From NCBI GenBank assembly GCA_036172245.1, contig JAYWIR010000084.1, forward strand, positions 293,545 to 313,544: a DNA stretch of 20,000 nt. Reading direction: 5' to 3'. The notes beneath the pieces are model-generated. The model had not been told where the DNA came from, searched no databases, and worked only from the letters and a program-made list of their open reading frames with translations. Shown piece after piece: positions 8,054 to 18,600 of the stretch (its first letter is position 1; each line of letters begins with the position of its first letter). Source of the stretch: Raillietiella orientalis (taxonomy: Eukaryota). Position numbers and translations under genes: made by a program.

Positions 8054-11000
8054 AGAACCGAACTAATTTCAAGATGGCAGGATTTGTGTTAGTCTGGTTT
8101 TCATGGCAACCATTTTTGCAATGGACAGATGAAGTTTTTTACCCTCCATCTTCCTTTTTCAGTGCAAATTTGCAGTGTCTGGTGATTTCAAGACAATTTC
8201 TATAATGTCTATTGCATCGTTCGGCTCCTTCCGAGCATCCGAACGGATTCCTTTCCCCGTGGATGCAACGGAACCTTCATCACATCCCCACTTCCTCGGA
8301 ATCCCTTGCTCCAAGGGAAGAAATCATAGGAGAACCGAACTAATTTCAAGATGGCAGGATTGGTGTTAGTCTGGTTTTCATGGCAACCATTTTTGCAATG
8401 GACAGATGAAGTTTTTTACCCTCCATCTTCCTTTTTTCAGTGCAAATTTGCAGTGTCTGCTGATATCTAATTAATTTCTATAATGTCGATTACATCTTTA
8501 ACCTCCTTTTGAGCATCCGAACGGATTCCTTTCCCCATGGATGCAAAGGCACCTTTATCACATCCCCGCTTCCTCGGAATCCCTTGCTCCAAGGGAAGAA
8601 ATCATAGGAGAACCGAACTAATTTCAAGATGGCAGGATTGGTGTTAGTCTGGTTTTCATGGCAACTATTTTTGCAATGGAGAGATGAAGTTTTTTACCCT
8701 CCATCTTCCTTTTTTCAGTGCAAATTTGCAGTGTCTGCTGATATCTAATAATTTCTATAATGTCGATTACATCTTTAAGCTCCTTCCGAGCATCCGAACG
8801 GATTCCTTTCCCCGTGGATGCAACGGCACCTTTATCACATCCCCGCTTCCTCGGAATCCCTTGCTCCAAGGGAAGAAATCATAGGAGAACCGAACTAATT
8901 TCAAGATGGCAGGATTGGTGTTAGTCTGGTTTTCATGGCAACCATTTTTGCAATGGAGAGATGAAGTTTTCTTCCCTCCATCTTTCTTATTTCAGTGCAA
9001 ATTTGCAGTGTCTGGTGATTTCAAGAAAATTTCTATAATGTCTATTACATCGTTCGGCACCTTCCGAGCATCCGAACGGATTCCTTTCCCCATGTATGCA
9101 AAAACACCTTTATCACATCCCCACTTCCTCCGAATCTCTTGCTCCACGTGAAGAAATCATACGAGAACCGAACTAATTGCAAGATGGCAGGACAGGTGTT
9201 AGTCTGGTTCTCATGGCAATCATTTTTGCAATGGACAGATGAAGTTTTTTTCCCTCCATCTTCCTTTTTTCAGTGCAAATTTGCAGTGTCTGGTGATTTC
9301 AAGACAATTTCTATAATGTCTATTACATCGTTCGGCTCCTTCCGAGCATCCGAACGGATTCCTTTCCCCATGGATGCAAAGGCACCTTTATCACATCCCC
9401 ACTTCCTCGGAATCCCTTGCTCCGCAAGAAGAAATCATAGGATAACCGAACTAATTTCATGAGTGCAGGATTGGTGTTAGTCTGGTTTTCATGGCAACCA
9501 TTTTTGCAATGGACAGATGAAGTTTTCTTCCCTCCATCTTCCTTTTTTCAGTGCAAATTTGCAGTGTCTGGTGATTTCAAGACAATTTCTATAATGTCTA
9601 TTACATCGTTGGGCTCCTTTCGAGCAACCGAACGGATTCCTTTCCCCATGGATGCAAAGGCACCTTTATCACATCCCCACTTCCTCCGAATTTCTTGCTC
9701 CGCGAGAAGAAATCATAGGATAACCGAACTAATTTCAAGAGTGCAGGATTGGTGTTAGTCTGGTTTTCATGGCAACCTTTTTTGCAATGGAGAGATGAAG
9801 TTTTTTACCCTCCATGTTCCTTTTTTCAGTGCAAATTTGCTGTGTCTGCTGATATCTAATAATTTCTATAATGTCGATTACATCTTTAAGCTCCTTCCGA
9901 GCATCTGAACGGATTCCTTTCCCCGTGGATGCAAAGGCACCTTTATCACATCCCCACTTCCTCCGAAACTTTAGCTCCACGAGAAGAAATCATAGGAGAA
10001 CCGAAATAATTTCAAGATGGCAGGATTGCTGTTAGTCTGGTTTTCATGGCAACCTTTTTTGCAATGGACCGACAAAGTTTTCTTCCCTTCGATCTTCCTT
10101 TTTTCAGTGCAAATTTGCAGTGTCTGCTGATATCTAATCAATTTCTATAATGTCGATTACATCTTCAAGCTCCTTCCGAGCATCCGAACGGATTCCTTTC
10201 CCCGTGGATGCAAAGGCACCTTTATCACATCCCCACTTCTTCCGAAACTTTAGCTCCACGAGAAGAAATCATAGGAGAACCGAACTAATTTCAAGATGGC
10301 AGGATTGGTGTTAGTCCGGTTTTCATGGCAACCATTTTTGCAATGGACAGATGAAGTTTTTACCCTCCATCTTCCTTTTTTGAGTGCAAATTTGCAGTGT
10401 CTGCTGATATCTAATCAATTTCTATAATGTCTATTACATCTTTAAGCACCTTCCGAGCATCCGAACGGATTCCTTTCCCCATGGATGCAAAGGCACCTTT
10501 ATCACATCAACACTTCCTCCGAATTTCTTGCTCCGCGAGAAGAAATCATAGGATAACCGAACTAATTTCAAGAGTGCAGGATTGGTGTTAGTCTGGTTTT
10601 CATGGCAACCTTTTTTGCAATGGACAGATGAAGTTTTTTACCCTCCATCTTCCTTTTTCAGTGCAAATTTGCAGTGTCTGCTGATATCTAATCAATTTCT
10701 ATAATGTCGATTACATCTTTAAGCTCCTTCCGAGCATCCGAACGGATTCCTTTCCCCGTGGATGCAACGGCACCTTTATCACATCCCCGCTTCCTCGGAA
10801 TCCCTTGCTCCAAGGGAAGAAATCATAGGAGAACCGAACTAATTTCAAGATGGCAGGATTGGTGTTAGTCTGGTTTTCATGGCAACCATTTTTGCAATGA
10901 AGAGATGTAGTTTTTTACCCTGCATCTTCCTTTTTTCAGTGCAAATTTGCAGTGTCTGGTGATTTCAAGAAAATTTCTATAATGTCTATTACATCGTTCG

Positions 11001-11107
11001 GCTCCTTCCGAGCATCCGAACGGATTCCTTTCCCCATGTATGCAAAGGCACCTTTATCACATCCCCACTTCCTCGGAATCCCTTGCTCCAAGGGAAGAAA
11101 TCATAGG

Positions 11108-11940
11108 AGAACCGAACTAATTTCAAGATGGCAGGATTGGTGTTAGTCTGGTTTTCATGGCAACCATTTTTGCAATGGACAGATGAAGTTTTTTACCCTC
11201 CATCTTCCTTTTTTCAGTGCAAATTTGCAGTGTCTGCTGATATCTAATTAATTTCTATAATGTCGATTACATCTTTAACCTCCTTTTGAGCATCCGAACG
11301 GATTCCTTTCCCCATGGATGCAAAGGCACCTTTATCACATCCCCGCTTCCTCGGAATCCCTTGCTCCAAGGGAAGAAATCATTTTAGAACCGAACTAATT
11401 TCAAGATGGCAGGATTGGTGTTAGTCTGGTTTTCATGGCAACCATTTTTGCAATGAAGAGATGTAGTTTTTTACCCTGCATCTTCCTTTTTTCAGTGCAA
11501 ATTTGCAGAGTCTGGTGATTTCAAGAAAATTTCTATAATGTCTATTACATCGTTCGGCTCCTTCCGAGCATCCGAACGTATTCCTTTCCCCATGGATGCA
11601 AAGGCACCTTTATCACATCCCCACTTCCTCCGAATCTCTTGCTCCACGTGAAGAAATCATAGGAGAACCGAACTAATTGCAACATGGCAGGACAGGTGTT
11701 AGTCTGGTTTTCATGGCAACTATTTTTGCAATGGAGAGATGAAGTTTTTTACCCTCCATCTTCCTTTTTTCAGTGCAAATTTGCAGTGTCTGCTGATATC
11801 TAATAATTTCTATAATGTCGATTACATCTTTAAGCTCCTTCCGAGCATCCGAACGGATTCCTTTCCCCGTGGATGCAACGGCACCTTTATCACATCCCCG
11901 CTTCCTCGGAATCCCTTGCTCCAAGGGAAGAAATCATAGG
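11108..11940 (+). repeat. Three-monomer higher-order block (variants Q'-Z'-W), copy 1
   Basis: Rare markers occur in order: CATTTTAGAACC, AATGAAGAGATGTAG, GCAGAGTC, GAACGTATT, TTGCAACATGGCAGGACAGG, GCAACTATTT. The series is repeated at 14845-15677. Confidence 0.88.
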
Positions 11941-13603
11941 AGAACCGAACTAATTTCAAGATGGCAGGATTGGTGTTAGTCTGGTTTTCATGGCAACCAT
12001 TTTTGCAATGGAGAGATGAAGTTTTTTCCCTCCATCTTCCTTTTTTCAGTGCAAATTTGCAGTGTCTGGTGATTTCAAGACAATTTCTATAATGTCTATT
12101 ACATCGTTCGGCTCCTTCCGAGCATCCGAACGGATTCCTTTCCCCATGGATGCAAAGGCACCTTTATCACATCCCCACTTCCTGCGAATCTCTTGCTCCA
12201 CGTGAAGAAATCATAGGAGAACCGAACTAATTGCAAGATGGCAGGACAGGTGTTAGTCTGGTTTTCATGGCAACCATTTTTGCAATGGAGAGATGAAGTT
12301 TTCTTCCCTCCATCTTCCTTTTTTCAGTGCAAATTTGCAGTGTCTGGTGATTTCAAGACAATTTCTATAATGTCTATTACATCGTTCGGCTCCTTCCGAG
12401 CATCCGAACGGATTCCTTTCCCCATGGATGCAAAGGCACCTTTATCACATCCCCACTTCCTCGGAATCCCTTGCTCCCAAGAAGAAATCATAGGAGAACC
12501 GAACTAATTTCAAGATGGCAGGATTGGTGTTAGTCTGGTTTTCATGGCAACCATTTTTGCAATGGAGAGATGAAGTTTTCTTCCCTCCATCTTCCTTTTT
12601 TCAGTGCAAATTTGCAGTGTCTGGTGATTTCAAGACAATTTCTATAATGTCTATTACATCGTTCGGCTCCTTCCGAGCATCCGAACGGATTCCTTTCCCC
12701 GTGGATGCAAAGGCACCTTTATCACATCCCCACTTCCTCCGAATCTCTTGCTCCACGAGAAGAAATCATAGGAGAACCGAACTAATTTCAAGATGGCAGG
12801 ATTGGTGTTAGTCTGGTTTTCATGGCAACCATTTTTGCAATGGACAGATGAAGTTTTTACCCTCCATCTTCCTTTTTTCAGTGCAAATTTGCAGTGTCTG
12901 CTGATATCTAATCAATTTCTATAATGTCGATTACATCTTTAAGCTCCTTCCGAGCATCCGAACGGATTCCTTTCCCCGTGGATGCAACGGCACCTTTATC
13001 ACATCCCCGCTTCCTCGGAATCCCTTGCTCCAAGGGAAGAAATCATAGGAGAACCGAACTAATTTCAAGATGGCAGGATTGGTGTTAGTCTGGTTTTCAT
13101 GGCAACCTTTTTTGCAATGGACAGATGAAGTTTTTTACCCTCCATCTTCCTTTTTCAGTGCAAATTTGCAGTGTCTGCTGATATCTAATCAATTTCTAAA
13201 ATGTCGATTACATCTTTAAGCTCCTTCCGAGCATCCGAACGGATTCCTTTCCCCGTGGATGCAACGGAACCTTTATCACATCCCCACTTCCTCGGAATCC
13301 CTTGCTCCAAGGGAAGAAATCATAGGAGAACCGAACTAATTTCAAGATGGCAGGATTGGTGTTAGTCTGGTTTTCATGGCAACCTTTTTTGCAATGGACA
13401 GATGAAGTTTTTTACCCTCCATCTTCCTTTTTCAGTGCAAATTTGCAGTGTCTGGTGATTTCAAGACAATTTCTATAATGTCTATTGCATCGTTCGGCTC
13501 CTTCCGAGCATCCGAACGGATTCCTTTCCCCGTGGATGCAACGGAACCTTTATCACATCCCCACTTCCTAGGAATCCCTTGCTCCAAGGGAAGAAATCAT
13601 AGG

Positions 13604-14015
13604 AGAACCGAACTAATTTCAAGATGGCAGGATTGGTGTTAGTCTGGTTTTCATGGCAACCATTTTTGCAATGGACAGATGAAGTTTTTTACCCTCCATC
13701 TTCCTTTTTCAGTGCAAATTTGCAGTGTCTGGTGATTTCAAGACAATTTCTATAATGTCTAGCAGGATTGGTGTTAGTCTGGTTTTCATGGCAACCTTTT
13801 TTGCAATGGACAGATGAAGTTTTTTACCTTCCATCTTCCTTTTTCAGTGCAAATTTGCAGTGTCTGGTGATTTCAAGACAATTTCTATAATGTCTATTGC
13901 ATCGTTCGGCTCCTTCCGAGCATCCGAACGGATTCCTTTCCCCGTGGATGCAACGGAACCTTCATCACATCCCCACTTCCTCGGAATCCCTTGCTCCAAG
14001 GGAAGAAATCATAGG
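13604..14015 (+). other. Fused pair of truncated monomers caused by a 142-bp deletion (junction 13761/13762)
   Basis: The sequence reads TATAATGTCTA|GCAGGATTGG, joining monomer position ~159 to position 24 of the next unit. Equivalent ORF starts at 13448 and 13860 are 412 bp apart (2 x 277 - 142). Confidence 0.95.
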
Positions 14016-14844
14016 AGAACCGAACTAATTTCAAGATGGCAGGATTGGTGTTAGTCTGGTTTTCATGGCAACCATTTTTGCAATGGACAGATGAAGTTTT
14101 TTACCCTCCATCTTCCTTTTTTCAGTGCAAATTTGCAGTGTCTGCTGATATCTAATTAATTTCTATAATGTCGATTACATTTTTAACCTCCTTTTGAGCA
14201 TCCGAACGGATTCCTTTCCCCATGGATGCAAAGGCACCTTTATCACATCCCCGCTTCCTCGGAATCCCTTGCTCCAAGGGAAGAAATCATTTTAGAACCG
14301 AACTAATTTCAAGATGGCAGGATTGGTGTTAGTCTGGTTTTCATGGCAACCATTTTTGCAATGAAGAGATGTAGTTTTTTACCCTGTCTTCCTTTTTTCA
14401 GTGCAAATTTGCAGTGTCTGGTGATATCAAGAAAATTTCTATAATGTCTATTACATCGTTCGGCTCCTTCCGAGCATCCGAACGGATTCCTTTCCCCATG
14501 GATGCAAAGGCACCTTTATCACATCCCCACTTCCTCGGAATCTTGCTCCAAGGGAAGAAATCATAGGAGAACCGAACTAATTTCAAGATGGCAGGATTGG
14601 TGTTAGTCTGGTTTTCATGGCAACCATTTTTGCAATGGAGAGATGAAGTTTTTTACCCTCCATCTTCCTTTTTCAGTGCAAATTTGCAGTGTCTGGTGAT
14701 TTCAAGACAATTTCTATAATGTCTATTGCATCGTTCGGCTCCTTCCGAGCATCCGAACGGATTCCTTTCCCCGTGGATGCAACGGAACCTTCATCACATC
14801 CCCACTTCCTCGGAATCCCTTGCTCCAAGGGAAGAAATCATAGG

Positions 14845-15677
14845 AGAACCGAACTAATTTCAAGATGGCAGGATTGGTGTTAGTCTGGTTTTCATGGCAA
14901 CCATTTTTGCAATGGACAGATGAAGTTTTTTACCCTCCATCTTCCTTTTTTCAGTGCAAATTTGCAGTGTCTGCTGATATCTAATTAATTTCTATAATGT
15001 CGATTACATTTTTAACCTCCTTTTGAGCATCCGAACGGATTCCTTTCCCCATGGATGCAAAGGCACCTTTATCACATCCCCGCTTCCTCGGAATCCCTTG
15101 CTCCAAGGGAAGAAATCATTTTAGAACCGAACTAATTTCAAGATGGCAGGATTGGTGTTAGTCTGGTTTTCATGGCAACCATTTTTGCAATGAAGAGATG
15201 TAGTTTTTTACCCTGCATCTTCCTTTTTTCAGTGCAAATTTGCAGAGTCTGGTGATTTCAAGAAAATTTCTATAATGTCTATTACATCGTTCGGCTCCTT
15301 CCGAGCATCCGAACGTATTCCTTTCCCCATGGATGCAAAGGCACCTTTATCACATCCCCACTTCCTCCGAATCTCTTGCTCCACGTGAAGAAATCATAGG
15401 AGAACCGAACTAATTGCAACATGGCAGGACAGGTGTTAGTCTGGTTTTCATGGCAACTATTTTTGCAATGGAGAGATGAAGTTTTTTACCCTCCATCTTC
15501 CTTTTTTCAGTGCAAATTTGCAGTGTCTGCTGATATCTAATAATTTCTATAATGTCGATTACATCTTTAAGCTCCTTCCGAGCATCCGAACGGATTCCTT
15601 TCCCCGTGGATGCAACGGCACCTTTATCACATCCCCGCTTCCTCGGAATCCCTTGCTCCAAGGGAAGAAATCATAGG
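14845..15677 (+). repeat. Three-monomer higher-order block (variants Q'-Z'-W), copy 2
   Basis: Matches 11108-11940 at offset 3737. Identical minus-strand ORFs at 11673 and 15410 have the same offset. Confidence 0.88.
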
Positions 15678-18600
15678 AGAACCGAACTAATTTCAAGATG
15701 GCAGGATTGGTGTTAGTCTGGTTTTCATGGCAACCATTTTTGCAATGGAGAGATGAAGTTTTCTTCCCTCCATCTTTCTTATTTCAGTGCAAATTTGCAG
15801 TGTCTGGTGATTTCAAGAAAATTTCTATAATGTCTATTACATCGTTCGGCACCTTCCGAGCATCCGAACGGATTCCTTTCCCCATGTATGCAAAAACACC
15901 TTTATCACATCCCCACTTCCTCCGAATCTCTTGCTCCACGTGAAGAAATCATACGAGAACCGAACTAATTGCAAGATGGCAGGACAGGTGTTAGTCTGGT
16001 TCTCATGGCAATCATTTTTGCAAAGGACAGATGAAGTATTTTTCCCTCCATCTTCCTGATTTCAGTGGAAATTTGCAGTGTCTGCTGATATCTAATCAAT
16101 TTCTATAATGTCGATTACATCTTTAAGCTCCTTCCGAGCATCCGAACGGATTCCTTTCCCCGTGGATGCAACGGCACCTTTATCACATCCCCACTTCCTC
16201 GGAATCCCTTGCTCCAAGGGAAGAAATCATAGGAGAACCGAACTAATTTCAAGATGGCAGGATTTGTGTTAGTCTGGTTTTCATGGCAACCTTTTTTGCA
16301 ATGGACAGATGAAGTTTTTTACCCTCCATCTTCCTTTTTCAGTGCAAATTTGCAGTGTCTGGTGATTTCAAGACAATTTCTATAATGTCTATTGCATCGT
16401 TCGGCTCCTTCTGAGCATCCGAACGGATTCCTTTCCCCGTGGATGCAACGGAACCTTCATCACATCCCCACTTCCTCGGAATCCCTTGCTCCAAGGGAAG
16501 AAATCATAGGAGAACCGAACTAATTTCAAGATGGCAGGATTGGTGTTAGTCTGGTTTTCATGGCAACCATTTTTGCAATGGACAGATGAAGTTTTTTACC
16601 CTCCATCTTCCTTTTTTCAGTGCAAATTTGCAGTGTCTGCTGATATCTAATAATTTCTATAATGTCGATTACATCTTTAAGCTCCTTCCGAGCATCCGAA
16701 CGGATTCCTTTCCCCGTGGATGCAACGGCACCTTTATCACATCCCCACTTCCTCGGAATCCCTTGCTCCAAGGGAAGAAATCATAGGAGAACCGAACTAA
16801 TTTCAAGATGGCAGGATTTGTGTTAGTCTGGTTTTCATGGCAACCTTTTTTGCAATGGACAGATGAAGTTTTTTACCCTCCATCTTCCTTTTTCAGTGCA
16901 AATTTGCAGTGTCTGGTGATTTCAAGACAATTTCTATAATGTCTATTGCATCGTTCGGCTCCTTCCGAGCATCCGAACGGATTCCTTTCCCCGTGGATGC
17001 AACGGAACCTTCATCACATCCCCACTTCCTCGGAATCCCTTGCTCCAAGGGAAGAAATCATAGGAGAACCGAACTAATTTCAAGATGGCAGGATTGGTGT
17101 TAGTCTGGTTTTCATGGCAACCATTTTTGCAATGGACAGATGAAGTTTTTTACCCTCCATCTTCCTTTTTTCAGTGCAAATTTGCAGTGTCTGCTGATAT
17201 CTAATTAATTTCTATAATGTCGATTACATCTTTAACCTCCTTTTGAGCATCCGAACGGATTCCTTTCCCCATGAATGCAAAGGCACCTTTATCACATCCC
17301 CACTTCCTCGGAATCCCTTGCTCCAAGGGAAGAAATCATAGGAGAACCGAACTAATTTCAAGATGGCAGGATTTGTGTTAGTCTGGTTTTCATGGCAACC
17401 ATTTTTGCAATGGACAGATGAAGTTTTTTACCCTCCATCTTCCTTTTTCAGTGCAAATTTGCAGTGTCTGGTGATTTCAAGACAATTTCTATAATGTCTA
17501 TTGCATCGTTCGGCTCCTTCCGAGCATCCGAACGGATTCCTTTCCCCGTGGATGCAACGGAACCTTTATCACATCCCCACTTCCTCGGAATCCCTTGCTC
17601 CAAGGGAAGAAATCATAGGAGAACCGAACTAATTTCAAGATGGCAGGATTGGTGTTAGTCTGGTTTTCATGGCAACCTTTTTTGCAATGGACAGATGAAG
17701 TTTTTTACCCTCCATCTTGCTTTTTCAGTGCAAATTTGCAGTGTCTGGTGATTTCAAGACAATTTCTATAATGTCTATTGCATCGTTCGGCTCCTTCCGA
17801 GCATCCGAACGGATTCCTTTCCCCGTGGATGCAACGGAACCTTTATCACATCCCCACTTCCTCGGAATCCCTTGCTCCAAGGGAAGAAATCATAGGAGAA
17901 CCGAACTAATTTCAAGATGGCAGGATTGGTGTTAGTCTGGTTTTCATGGCAACCATTTTTGCAATGGACAGATGAAGTTTTTTACCCTCCATCTTCCTTT
18001 TTTCAGTGCAAATTTGCAGTGTCTGCTGATATCTAATCAATTTCTAAAATGTCGATTACATCTTTAAGCTCCTTCCGAGCATCCGAACGGATTCCTTTCC
18101 CCGTGGATGCAACGGAACCTTTATCACATCCCCACTTCCTCGGAATCCCTTGCTCCAAGGGAAGAAATCATAGGAGAACCGAACTAATTTCAAGATGGCA
18201 GGATTGGTGTTAGTCTGGTTTTCATGGCAACCATTTTTGCAATGGAGAGATGAAGTTTTCTTCCCTCCATCTTTCTTATTTCAGTGCAAATTTGCAGTGT
18301 CTGGTGATTTCAAGAAAATTTCTATAATGTCTATTACATCGTTCGGCACCTTCCGAGCATCCGAACGGATTCCTTTCCCCATGTATGCAAAAACACCTTT
18401 ATCACATCCCCACTTCCTCCGAATCTCTTGCTCCACGTGAAGAAATCATACGAGAACCGAACTAATTGCAAGATGGCAGGACAGGTGTTAGTCTGGTTCT
18501 CATGGCAATCATTTTTGCAAAGGACAGATGAAGTTTTTTTCTCTCCATCTTCCTATTTTCAGTGCAAATTTGCAGTGTCTGCTGATATCTAATCAATTTC

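Noticed and set aside
4181..16771. Minus-strand ORFs (MEQGIPRKWGCDKGAVASTGKGIRSDARKELKDVIDIIEI...) that look superficially protein-like
   Set aside because: The 81-83 aa versions are open only in monomers with a 1-bp deletion (TAATAATT) and mostly begin at non-ATG codons. I recognise no family. A tBLASTx or HMMER search of the consensus would test for a decayed gene or transposon origin.
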